DNA from: Gaiellaceae bacterium
GTDB lineage: Bacteria > Actinomycetota > Thermoleophilia > Gaiellales > Gaiellaceae
Length of the DNA: 64,000 nucleotides
NCBI GenBank assembly: GCA_045806225.1
Contig: JBJMJS010000132.1
Location: 150 to 64,149 of the forward strand
Direction: 5' to 3'
Shown here one piece after another: positions 18,667-27,209 of the stretch (the stretch's first letter is position 1; each line of letters opens with the position of its first letter). Position numbers and translations under genes: made by a program. Under the pieces are notes generated by a model. It saw only the letters and a program-made list of their open reading frames with translations. It was not told the DNA's origin and made no database searches.

Positions 18667-19752
18667 CTAGCGCGTTCGCGGGTGCCAGTCGATTCGCTCC
18701 AGGTAGGCGCGGTGCGCGCCGACGAAGTCGTCGACGGCGTCGCCGCCGAACTTTTCCCGCGCCGCCTTCGCGAGCTCGAAGGCGACGGATGCCTCGGCGA
18801 CGACCGCAAGCGCCTCGACCGCCGCGGTGTCGCTGCGCTCGACGAGCGCATGCGCTGCCTCGCCGGTCTGAAGGTCGACGGACGCGAGCGGCTGCATCAG
18901 CGTCGGAAGCGGCTTCATCGCGACCCGCACGAGGACGTCCTCCCCGTTCGTGACGCCGCCCTCGATTCCGCCGGCGTGGTTCGTCTCGCGATAGAGCCCT
19001 CGGCGATCGTCGCGATGGATCTCGTCATGTGCCGCGGAACCGCGCAGCGTCGCGAGCGAAAAGCCGTCGCCGATCTCGACGCCCTTGACCGCCTGCGTCC
19101 CCATCAGCGTCGCCGCGAGCCGGGCGTCGAGACGGTCCGCCTTCGCTGCGTATGAGCCGAGGCCGGGCGGCACATCCTGCGCGCGCACCTCGACGACACC
19201 ACCGACCGTGTCGCGCATCGTGCGGGCCTCGTCGATGCGGCGCTCGAGGTCGTCGCCGACCACCTCGCCCCGAACCTCGATCGCCAGCAGGCGGAGCAAC
19301 GCCTTCGCAACGGATCCGGCGGCGACGACCGCGGCCGTGTGGCGCGCGCTCGCGCGCTCGAGAGCATCGCGGACGTCGGCGAGCCCGTACTTCTGGGCGC
19401 CGGCAAGATCGGCGTGCCCGGGTCGCGGCAAGGTGACCGGCTTCGTCCCTTTTCCCGCCGGCTCGCCGTCGGGCGGCCACGGGCTCATCCCCCACGCCCA
19501 GTTCTTGTGGTCGACGTTCCGGACGACGAGCGCGAGCGGTGTCCCGAGCGTTCGTCCATGGCGCAGCCCGGCGAGGACCTCCACTTCGTCGTGCTCGATC
19601 TGCTGCCGCTTGCTGCGGCCGTAGCCCCGCTGACGGCGCGCCAGATCGTCGTTGATCGCGTCGCGGTCGAGAACGAGGCCCGCCGGCAGCCCCGTCACGA
19701 TCGCGACGAGCGCAGGCCCGTGCGACTCGCCGGCGGTAACGACGTCCATCAC
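18667..19752 (-). CDS. aroC: Chorismate synthase
   Basis: 361 aa. TAGESHGPALVAIVTGLPAGL, RPGHADLAG, SARHTAA, HDE...NHAGGIEGG. Confidence 0.92.
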   Translation of the reverse strand: MMDVVTAGESHGPALVAIVTGLPAGLVLDRDAINDDLARRQRGYGRSKRQQIEHDEVEVLAGLRHGRTLGTPLALVVRNVDHKNWAWGMSPWPPDGEPAGKGTKPVTLPRPGHADLAGAQKYGLADVRDALERASARHTAAVVAAGSVAKALLRLLAIEVRGEVVGDDLERRIDEARTMRDTVGGVVEVRAQDVPPGLGSYAAKADRLDARLAATLMGTQAVKGVEIGDGFSLATLRGSAAHDEIHRDDRRGLYRETNHAGGIEGGVTNGEDVLVRVAMKPLPTLMQPLASVDLQTGEAAHALVERSDTAAVEALAVVAEASVAFELAKAAREKFGGDAVDDFVGAHRAYLERIDWHPRTR

Positions 19753-20432
19753 GCGGAGCGTACTGCGGCGCGCATGACGTCAACCGGCGCCGGTACGCCG
19801 GTCCACGTCTCGAACGATGCAGCTCCCTGCGCGACGAGGACGTCGAGTCCATCGACGAGGCGCGCGCCTGCCTCCACGGCCGCCGCGCCCGTCGCCGTTC
19901 GTGGGTACGGCAGATCGACGAGCGTCTGCCCGCGACGGACGCGCAGCACCACGTCGTCACGCTCGGAGGTCGCGTGGACGACGAGGTCGACGTCGTCGAT
20001 CGCCGGGGGCCACCGGGTTCGGCGTGAGAAGCGCGACGCACCGGGGAGGGCGTGGGCGAACGCCGCAGCGGCCCCGCCGTCGCCCACGATCGCGGCGCGC
20101 TCGAACGTGAGCGCATCCAGGATCGCCGTATCGGTCGACGAACCGTCGATCGAGCCGTCGGCGCCGACGACGAGCGTGTTCACCGACGGGACCCCCGCGC
20201 CGACGAGCTCGGCGGCCGCGAGCTTGTGCGGCGTCGTGACGTTCGCGCCCGCGAAGCCGAGCGCCGCGAGCCCGCGCGCGGCATCTGCGAGGTCATCCGC
20301 TGAGACGCGAAGCGCAACGTATGCCCAGTCCAGGCCGCGTGCAGCGAAGGCTGCGTTCTGCATCCGCGGCGACAGCGACTGCTCGACCGGGTCTCCGAGC
20401 AGGGCGACGAGCGTCGTTCGCGAGGTGATCAT
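19749..20432 (-). CDS. aroE: Shikimate dehydrogenase (short form)
   Basis: 227 aa. LGDPVEQSLSPRMQNAAF, GANVTTPHK, NTLV. 4-nt overlap with aroC. Confidence 0.8.
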   Translation of the reverse strand: MITSRTTLVALLGDPVEQSLSPRMQNAAFAARGLDWAYVALRVSADDLADAARGLAALGFAGANVTTPHKLAAAELVGAGVPSVNTLVVGADGSIDGSSTDTAILDALTFERAAIVGDGGAAAAFAHALPGASRFSRRTRWPPAIDDVDLVVHATSERDDVVLRVRRGQTLVDLPYPRTATGAAAVEAGARLVDGLDVLVAQGAASFETWTGVPAPVDVMRAAVRSA

Positions 20433-20448
20433 CGGCCGCTACGGCGGC

Positions 20449-21456
20449 TCAATGCTGGCCGTAGCCGTGCGTCGCTTCGTACTCCTGGAAGGCGGCGAAG
20501 CTCGCGGTGAAGAAGTGGTGCTTCTTGTCCGGCTTGCGCACGAAGTAGAGGTAGTCGGCCTTCGCCGGATGGGCAGCCGCCTGCATCGACGCCAGGCCGG
20601 GATTTGCGATCGGCGTCGGCGGCAGACCGAGCAGCTTCCGCGTGTTGTATGGGGAATCGCTCTCGAGCTGCGACTGGCGGATCGATTCCGTCGGCGGGAT
20701 GTCGAGCCCGTATCGGAGCGTCGCATCGATTCCGAGCGGCATGCGCTGGTGGAGACGGTTGTAGATCACGGCTGCGACGAGCGGGCGCTCATCGGGTGAC
20801 AGCGTCTCCTTCTCGACCATCGACGCGATGATCAGGACGTCGTACGGCGTGAGGTTCTTCGTCCGCGCATATGCGAGGTCGACGCGCTGCCAGTTGTCGC
20901 AGAACGCGCTCAGCTGGCTCTGCACGAGCTGTGCGCTCGTCGTCGCCTTGAAGAACTCGTACGTCGCCGGGAACAGGAAGCCCTCGAGGGATCTTGGCCG
21001 GCCGCGAAAGCACCGCGGGACGCCGGCTCGGCGGACGGCGGCGCGATATGCGCGCGTCGACAGCAGCGGCTTCACGTGGCGCTCGCGCGCGGCGATGCCG
21101 CGCACGACGCCGACGCGGTCGGCCATCTGCCGCAGCGTGAACCCTTCCGGGAACACGACATGGAACGGCTTCGGCATCGCGATGACCGTCGTCGTCTCCT
21201 TCCCGTTCACGGTTCGCGTGACCGTCGTGTAGTCGAGCGTGCTCGACGTCGTCGTCGGAAACGTCGGCGCCGCATTCCCGCTGTCGCGGTTGCCGCCGCC
21301 GATCGCCGCGACCGCGAGCCAGCCGAGGCCGCCGAGCGCGAGGACGAGGACGGCGAGCGCCGCGATCCTCCGCCGCAGCACCTGCTTCTGCGAGGGCCGT
21401 TGCGGCGGCGGAGGCCCCGGCCGCGGCGGGATTACGCCCGGGCGCCGCTCGACCAT
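20449..21456 (-). CDS. mltG: Endolytic murein transglycosylase MltG (YceG-like)
   Basis: 335 aa. N-terminal TM, ASMVEKET and YNTRKLLGLPPTPIANPGLASMQAAAHPAKADYLYFV. Confidence 0.85.
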   Translation of the reverse strand: MVERRPGVIPPRPGPPPPQRPSQKQVLRRRIAALAVLVLALGGLGWLAVAAIGGGNRDSGNAAPTFPTTTSSTLDYTTVTRTVNGKETTTVIAMPKPFHVVFPEGFTLRQMADRVGVVRGIAARERHVKPLLSTRAYRAAVRRAGVPRCFRGRPRSLEGFLFPATYEFFKATTSAQLVQSQLSAFCDNWQRVDLAYARTKNLTPYDVLIIASMVEKETLSPDERPLVAAVIYNRLHQRMPLGIDATLRYGLDIPPTESIRQSQLESDSPYNTRKLLGLPPTPIANPGLASMQAAAHPAKADYLYFVRKPDKKHHFFTASFAAFQEYEATHGYGQH

Positions 21457-21827
21457 GCGAGGTAGCTCGAGAGGAGATGTGCCGCCGCGCGTGCATCCTC
21501 TTCTGCGCGCGACGATGTCTGTTCTGCCAGGTCAGTTGTGAATCGCTCGTCGAACGTCACGATCGGGACGTCGGTTTTCGCGCTCAGCGCTTCGACGAAC
21601 AGCTCGGTCTCGACGGCCTGCTCGCCGCGGTCCCCACGCAGCGTCAGTGGCAGCCCGACGACGACGCGCTCCGCCTCCTGCTCGACGATCAGCGAGGCGA
21701 GCCGACGCAGCCCGTCAGGTGTCGCCGCCCGCTCGACCACGCAGAGCGGCCGCGCGACCGTCCCCGTGGGATCGCTTACGGCGACGCCGGTGCGTGCCCG
21801 GCCGTAGTCGAGCGCGACGACCCTCAA
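21432..21827 (-). CDS. ruvX: YqgF/RuvX putative pre-16S rRNA nuclease
   Basis: 131 aa. MRVVALDYGRARTGVAVSD...VVGLPL...DERFTT. Confidence 0.85.
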   Translation of the reverse strand: MRVVALDYGRARTGVAVSDPTGTVARPLCVVERAATPDGLRRLASLIVEQEAERVVVGLPLTLRGDRGEQAVETELFVEALSAKTDVPIVTFDERFTTDLAEQTSSRAEEDARAAAHLLSSYLAWSSGARA

Positions 21828-24361
21828 CGCAGCGCGTCGGCGATCGCTTGCTTGCCGGCGGCGAGCGCGTCGCGGAGGCCGTCGGGGTTCTTGCCGCCGG
21901 CCTCGCCCAGGGTCGGCCGTCCCCCTCCTCCGCCGCCGATGTGCCGGCCGAGCTCGCGGACGAGCTTCGACGCGTCGAGCCCTCGCCCCACGAGGGACTC
22001 GTCCAGATTCACGACGAGGTAGGCGCGGCCGTCGTCGACGGAGCCGACGATCACGCCTATCGCCTTCTCCTGCTGGCGGACGCGGTCCGACAGGTCGCGG
22101 AGGTCGCCGCCCTTCAGCGCCTTCGTCTCGACCAGGACGACGCTGCCGTCGCTATCGACGATCGTGAAGTCGGCGGCCGCTCGCGCACGCGGCTTCTGCG
22201 TTTGCTTGCGCGCACGCTCGAGCTCGCCGCGGAGCTCCTCGGCCGCGCGCAACCCGCCGTGCAGATAGGCGTACGCCTCGCCGGCCGTGATCGCCTCGAT
22301 CCGGCGCGCACCGGCGCCGACGGAGCTCTCCGAGAGGATCACGAACGGCCCGATCTCGGCGGTCGAGCGGACATGCGTCCCGCCGCAGAGCTCGCGCGAA
22401 TACCCCGGGATCTCGACGACACGGACTTCGGTGCCGTACTTCTCGCCGAAGAGCATCATCGCTCCGAGGTTGCGCGCTTCGTCGATCGTGGTGACGAAGG
22501 CGCGCACCGGCAGGTTCTCGAACACCTTCTCGTTGACCCGCCGCTCGATCTCGGCGCGCTCGTCGGACGTCAACTGCGCGCCGTGGGTGAAGTCGAAGCG
22601 GAGCTTGTCGGGCCGTACGGCTGACCCGGCCTGGCGCACATGGTCGCCGAGGACGTCCTGAAGCGCTTTGTGCAGCAGATGCGTTGCCGTGTGATTCGCC
22701 GTCGTCGGATACCGGACGCGCCACGGAACGACGGCGCGAACGCGGTCGCCGTCGCCGAACCCGTCGCCCTCGAACAGCAGCACCTGGTCGTCTTCGAGAC
22801 GGTACGCGTCGCGTAGCTCCGCGCGGGTCGACGGATCGCCGTCGAGCTCGATCCAGCCGGCGTCCGTCACCTGGCCACCGCCCGCCGGGTAGAAGGGCGA
22901 CTCGCGAAGCTTCGCCAGGAACAGGCGCTCGTCGAGCCGCTCCATCGCGCCGAGCTGCGTCAGCACGTCGCGCTTCTCGTAGCCGACGAACTCGGCCTTG
23001 AACCCCGCGGCGTGCGCGAACTCGACCGCCTGTTGATCGTCGCGCGAGATCGCCGCGCGCGATCGCTCGCGCTGCTCCTCCATCAGCCGCGTGAATTCCT
23101 CGTCGTTGACGCCGAGACCGCGCTCGCGCGCGAGCTCCTGCGTCAGCTCGAGCGGAAAGCCGAACGTGTCGTGGAGACGGAAAGCATCCTCCCCGGCGAT
23201 GTCGCCGCCCCGGGCCGCGACTTCGTCGAACAGGCGCAGGCCGCGCGCAAGGGTCTGCCCGAACCGCTCCTCCTCCGCCGACAGGATCCGGTGGATCTCC
23301 GTCCGGTGCTGTCCGAGCTCCGGATAGCCCTCGCCCATCTGCTCGATCACGACGTCCGACAACCGCGCGAGGTACGGCGGCTCGAGCCCGATCCGCTGCG
23401 CCTGTTGGACCGCGCGCCTGACGATGCGGCGCATGACGTAGCCGCGGCCCTCGTTCGAGGGCGTGACGCCGTCCGCCGCGAGGAACGTCATCCCGCGTCC
23501 GTGGTCGGCGAGGATCCGGTGCGCCTTCGTCGCCTCGGGCGAGTCGCCGTAAGCGACGCCGCTCTCGCCGGCGATCCAGGCCATGATCGCCTGGTAGACG
23601 TCGGTCTCGTACACCGTCATCACGCCCTGCAGGATCGCGGCAGTGCGCTCGATCCCCATTCCGGTGTCGACATTCTGCTTCGGCAGTGGCGTCACGGTTC
23701 CGTCGCCGTGCAGCTCGTACTCCATGAACACGAGGTTCCAGAACTCGAGGAAGCGCTCACAACGCGGACAGGCGGGCCTGCAGTCAGCTTCGCCGCACCC
23801 GTGCTCGGGGCCCCAGTCGTAGTACATCTCGGTGTCAGGCCCACACGGGCCCGGGCCGCCCACGGACCAGAAGTTCTCCGTCGCCGGCAGGAGGACGATC
23901 CGCTCGGCAGGCTGTCCGATCTCCTGCCACTTCCGGAGCGCCGCCTCGTCTTCGCCGAGGCCGAGGGTGGCGTCGCCCTCGAAGACGGTGACCCAGAAGC
24001 GGTTCGGGTCGATCTTCAGGTGGTCGAAGACGAACTCCCAGGCGAGCTCGATCGCACCGTCCTTGAAGTACTGGCCGAACGAGAAGTTGCCGAGCATCTC
24101 GAAGAACGTCAGGTGCGAGCCGTCGAGACCGACGTCGTCGATGTCGGGTGTGCGGAAGCACTTCTGCACCGTCGTGAGCAACGGCGCCGGCGGTTGCTCG
24201 CGCCCGAGGAAGAACGGCATGAGCGGCTGCATGCCGGCGGTCGTCAGCAGCGTCGACCGGTTGTCCGCCCGCGGGACGAGCGACGCGGAGGGGCGAAAGA
24301 CGTGGTCCTTCGACTCGAAGAACGCGCGATATCCCGCGCGCAGGTCGCCGGCGGTGAGCAT
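21824..24361 (-). CDS. alaS: Alanine--tRNA ligase
   Basis: 845 aa. FFESKDHVFRPSASLVP, FTTAGMQ-like TTAGMQPLMPFF, WSVGGPGPCGPDTEMYYD, editing-domain HTATHLLH, CGGTHV. Confidence 0.95.
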   Translation of the reverse strand: MLTAGDLRAGYRAFFESKDHVFRPSASLVPRADNRSTLLTTAGMQPLMPFFLGREQPPAPLLTTVQKCFRTPDIDDVGLDGSHLTFFEMLGNFSFGQYFKDGAIELAWEFVFDHLKIDPNRFWVTVFEGDATLGLGEDEAALRKWQEIGQPAERIVLLPATENFWSVGGPGPCGPDTEMYYDWGPEHGCGEADCRPACPRCERFLEFWNLVFMEYELHGDGTVTPLPKQNVDTGMGIERTAAILQGVMTVYETDVYQAIMAWIAGESGVAYGDSPEATKAHRILADHGRGMTFLAADGVTPSNEGRGYVMRRIVRRAVQQAQRIGLEPPYLARLSDVVIEQMGEGYPELGQHRTEIHRILSAEEERFGQTLARGLRLFDEVAARGGDIAGEDAFRLHDTFGFPLELTQELARERGLGVNDEEFTRLMEEQRERSRAAISRDDQQAVEFAHAAGFKAEFVGYEKRDVLTQLGAMERLDERLFLAKLRESPFYPAGGGQVTDAGWIELDGDPSTRAELRDAYRLEDDQVLLFEGDGFGDGDRVRAVVPWRVRYPTTANHTATHLLHKALQDVLGDHVRQAGSAVRPDKLRFDFTHGAQLTSDERAEIERRVNEKVFENLPVRAFVTTIDEARNLGAMMLFGEKYGTEVRVVEIPGYSRELCGGTHVRSTAEIGPFVILSESSVGAGARRIEAITAGEAYAYLHGGLRAAEELRGELERARKQTQKPRARAAADFTIVDSDGSVVLVETKALKGGDLRDLSDRVRQQEKAIGVIVGSVDDGRAYLVVNLDESLVGRGLDASKLVRELGRHIGGGGGGRPTLGEAGGKNPDGLRDALAAGKQAIADALR

Positions 24362-24438
24362 GGACGTGATCGTACTGGCGACCGTCGCCGGCGCCCGTGC
24401 GCTGCGCGGTCAGCGCTCGTCCTGCGTACTGGCTCACC

Positions 24439-24455
24439 GACGACGCCTCGTCGTC
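24439..24455 (-). terminator. Hairpin 18 nt downstream of the sigma-factor stop
   Basis: GACGACG-cct-CGTCGTC (7-bp stem) read directly. No U-tract, as is common in GC-rich genomes. Confidence 0.35.
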
Positions 24456-24472
24456 TCCCTCCGGGACGCCGT

Positions 24473-25240
24473 CTAGCCGCGCGCGACCTTCGGCTTGTTC
24501 TCCTCCTCCGCCGCGATCTCGTCGCGGATCTTCTCGAGCGAACGCCGGATCAGGCGGGACACGTGCATCTGCGAGATGCCCACCTGCTGCGCGATCTGCG
24601 ACTGCGTCAGTCCTTTGAAGAAACGGAGGTGGAGGATCATGCGCTCCCGGTCGTCGAGGACGCGGAAGCCGGGCGCCAGGACTGCCCGGTCCTCGGACAC
24701 CTCGTACTGATGCTCCTCGGTGCCGATCGACTCGAGCGGATCGAGCTCCTCGCCGTCTTCCTGCGAGCCGCCGCTCGAGAGCGAGACCGACGAGTAGGCA
24801 CGGCCCGACTCGAGCGCCTCGAGGACGTCTTCTTCCTCGGCGCCGGCCGCTTTCGCGAGCTCGGGGATCGTCGGCGAGCGCCCGAGCTGCACCGTCAGCT
24901 GCTCGACGAGGCGCGAGAGCTGCACGTTCAGCTCCTGCAGGCCGCGCGGCACGCGCACCGACCAACCCTTGTCGCGGAAGTGACGCTTGATCTCGCCGAT
25001 GATGTTCGGGGTCGCGTACGTCGTCAGCTCCACGCCGCGGTCGAGGTCGAACCGGTCGATCGCCTTGATCAACCCGATTGCACCGATCTGGACGAGGTCC
25101 TCGAGCTGCTCGCCGCGGTACGAGTAGCGACGTGCGAGCGATCGCACGAGCGACATGTACTGCTCGATCAGCTGCTCCCGCGCCTGGAGGTCCCCCTGCT
25201 CGTGGTAGCGACGCAGCAGGACCTTGTCCGACTTCTCCAT
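24473..25240 (-). CDS. Group-3 (SigB/SigF-type) RNA polymerase sigma factor
   Basis: ORF 24473..25291; the ATG at 25240 forms an ATGA overlap with the upstream stop. Region 2 DLVQIGAIGLIKAIDRFD, region 3 RVPRGLQEL, region 4 GLTQSQIAQQVGISQMHVSRLIRRSL. Confidence 0.85.
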   Translation of the reverse strand: MEKSDKVLLRRYHEQGDLQAREQLIEQYMSLVRSLARRYSYRGEQLEDLVQIGAIGLIKAIDRFDLDRGVELTTYATPNIIGEIKRHFRDKGWSVRVPRGLQELNVQLSRLVEQLTVQLGRSPTIPELAKAAGAEEEDVLEALESGRAYSSVSLSSGGSQEDGEELDPLESIGTEEHQYEVSEDRAVLAPGFRVLDDRERMILHLRFFKGLTQSQIAQQVGISQMHVSRLIRRSLEKIRDEIAAEEENKPKVARG

Positions 25241-25698
25241 CAGGCGCTCCGCCTCGCAGTCGACCGTGCGCGACGCGTCAGCTCGACCCACTGGCCGCCG
25301 TCATGCTCGGTCACGGAGACGTCGTCGCAGACGGCAGCGAGGATGCGGTGCACATCGAGCGCGCCTGCCGTCTCGAGCTCGATCTCCGCTCGGACGTCGG
25401 CACCGACGAACGGCCCGACGTCCATCCTGATCGCATCGTCCGCGAAGCTCATGCGCACGGTCACCTCGTCGATCGCGTCGCCGTAGCGCTCGAGCAACGT
25501 GTCGAGCGCGAGCGTGAGGTCTTCGAGCGTCTCGACCGTCAGGTCGTGTCGCGATGCCAGACCGCCCAGCACGAGATGCGCGACGCGCTGGAACGCATCG
25601 TCCGCAGGCATCGTCAATGCGATCTGTTCGACGCTCAATTCGCTCCCTTCTTCGAGACCCCAAGAGAGAACGAGCGAACCGCCGTCGTGGTTCCGCAC
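25240..25698 (-). CDS. Putative anti-sigma factor, RsbW/SpoIIAB-like but with degenerate ATPase motifs
   Basis: Translationally coupled (ATGA) to the sigma factor. IALTMPADDAFQRVAHLVLGGLASRHDLTVETLEDLTLALDTLLER follows the RsbW N-terminal pattern, but the N-box E/N positions are D/L. MDVGPFVG sits where the DxGxG G1 box would be. A better start is the TTG at ~25638, preceded by GAAGGGAG. Confidence 0.5.
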   Translation of the reverse strand: MRNHDGGSLVLSWGLEEGSELSVEQIALTMPADDAFQRVAHLVLGGLASRHDLTVETLEDLTLALDTLLERYGDAIDEVTVRMSFADDAIRMDVGPFVGADVRAEIELETAGALDVHRILAAVCDDVSVTEHDGGQWVELTRRARSTARRSA

Positions 25699-25743
25699 CG
25701 ACGGAGAACAGTGACCGCCACGAAGCGCACCTGGGCGCTGATG

Positions 25744-27000
25744 TTACGGACCCCGCTCGATCCGGCCGGCGCCGACGACCGCGTCGCCTTCGTACAGAAC
25801 AGCAGCCTGGCCTGCTGCGACGCCGTAAACAGCGTGCTCGAGCTGAAGCGACAGACGCCCCTCCGCCGCCGTCACCGTCGCCGGCACGGCAGGAGAGCGG
25901 TAGCGGAGCTTCGCCGCCACATCCCGAGCGCCGTCGACATACATCCGGCCGCGCGCGACGAGCGTCGAGCGGCCAAGCGACCTGCGCGGCCCGACGACGA
26001 CGGTGTTCGTCGCGGCGTCGGCACGAAGCGCATACAGCGGCTCGCGCGCGCTGATACCGAGGCCGCGACGCTGGCCCGCGGTGAACCGCCAGTACCCGTC
26101 GTGCCGACCGAGCTCGCGTCCCGTTTCGTCCACGACGGGACCGCTCGCGCGCGGAAGGCCGCGCCGCTCGAGGAAGCTGCGGTAATCGTCGCCTGCCAGG
26201 AAACACGCTTCCTGGCTCTCGGGCCGCGCCGCGGCCGGCAGTCCAAGACGCTCGGCGTCGTCGCGCGTCGCCGCCTTCGTCTGGTTGCCGAGCGGGAACT
26301 CGATCTGCTCGAGCGACGCAGGATCGAGCGTCGCGAGCATGTACGACTGGTCCTTCGCGTCGTCGAGGCCGCGCGCGAGCAGGCGACGACCGCGATGCTC
26401 GACGATGCGCGCGTAATGGCCCGTCGCGAGCCTCGCAGCGCCCGCGCGACGCGCGAACGCCAGCAGCTCGGCGAACCGGAAGCCGCCGTTGCACCGGATG
26501 CACGGGTTCGGGGTCTCACCGCGCGCATACCCACGGACGAACGGCTCGACGACCGCTCGGCGAAACTCCTCCCGGAGATCGAGCGTGACGTGCGGTAGAC
26601 CGTGCTCGTGGCACGTCGCACGCGCAGCGAGAACAGCTTCCGGAGAGCAGCACGCGCGCTCGGCGTCGGGGCCGTGCGGGTCGAGCCACAGCCGGAGCGT
26701 GACCCCGACCGCGTCCGGGAGCGACCGAAAGAGCGCGACGGCGCTGTCGACGCCGCCGCTCATCGCAACGGCTGTCCGGGTCGACGAATCGGGGGCGCGA
26801 AACGCCGGCCCGATCGCGTTTGCGAGCGCGTCGACCGGCAAGGTCTCTCCGCCGACAGCCGCGGCCTCGAGCAGCGTCAGTCCGATCAGCGGCGCGTCGA
26901 GACCGTCAGCGTCGGCGTCGACGATCCGATCGCCGTCGACGCGGAGACGGACGAGCGCAAAATCGCACCCGCGCGCAGAATCCCCCATCAGGTCGATCAC
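25744..27000 (-). CDS. mnmA: tRNA 2-thiouridine(34) synthase MnmA with a ~75-aa N-terminal extension
   Basis: 418 aa. The core begins at VAMSGGVDSAVA (PP-loop), followed by TPNPCIRCN, ATGHYAR and KDQSY. The preceding 75 aa are not part of the canonical MnmA (see findings). The start is at 27000 (GTG) or 26988 (ATG). Confidence 0.85.
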   Translation of the reverse strand: MIDLMGDSARGCDFALVRLRVDGDRIVDADADGLDAPLIGLTLLEAAAVGGETLPVDALANAIGPAFRAPDSSTRTAVAMSGGVDSAVALFRSLPDAVGVTLRLWLDPHGPDAERACCSPEAVLAARATCHEHGLPHVTLDLREEFRRAVVEPFVRGYARGETPNPCIRCNGGFRFAELLAFARRAGAARLATGHYARIVEHRGRRLLARGLDDAKDQSYMLATLDPASLEQIEFPLGNQTKAATRDDAERLGLPAAARPESQEACFLAGDDYRSFLERRGLPRASGPVVDETGRELGRHDGYWRFTAGQRRGLGISAREPLYALRADAATNTVVVGPRRSLGRSTLVARGRMYVDGARDVAAKLRYRSPAVPATVTAAEGRLSLQLEHAVYGVAAGQAAVLYEGDAVVGAGRIERGP

Positions 27001-27048
27001 CTTCCCAGGCTAGCTGCGCTACTGTGCGAACGCTCGACCCTGTTCGTG

Positions 27049-27169
27049 GCCTACGCATCCATGTAGAACCAACACCACTGTTAAGGGAGCCTGTGTTCGG
27101 TCGGACGGCAACAACCGGTCGACCGGCCGGCACCCACCTGGTTTGTCCAGGTTCACAGCGGGCGTAGGT
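27049..27169. other. Structured non-coding segment in the 210-bp gap between the RlpA-like gene and mnmA
   Basis: Long-range inverted repeat GCCTACGC (27049-56) / GCGTAGG (27162-68), extended by GGTTC/GAACC. It encloses the perfect 12-bp palindrome CCGGTCGACCGG (27115-26) and the hairpin CCTGG-N5-CCAGG (27137-51). It is less GC-rich than its surroundings, and no convincing ORF is present. Confidence 0.3.
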
Positions 27170-27209
27170 CACGGCAGGGTGGAGCGCTGCGTCGGAGCTC
27201 GCTTTGAAG

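Noticed and set aside
18667-18700. Programmed -1 frameshift fusing AroC to AroKB, since the aroK frame is -1 relative to aroC and open across the aroC stop.
   Set aside because: There is no slippery heptamer (X XXY YYZ) before the TAG, and no obvious downstream pseudoknot. A non-canonical start codon is the more economical explanation.
26906-27172. Small ORFs in the gap between the RlpA-like gene and mnmA, including the 88-aa track ORF and a 45-codon GTG ORF.
   Set aside because: Third-position GC is about 60%, the sequences are Arg-rich or otherwise odd, and there is no ribosome-binding context. The region is better explained as structured non-coding DNA or RNA.
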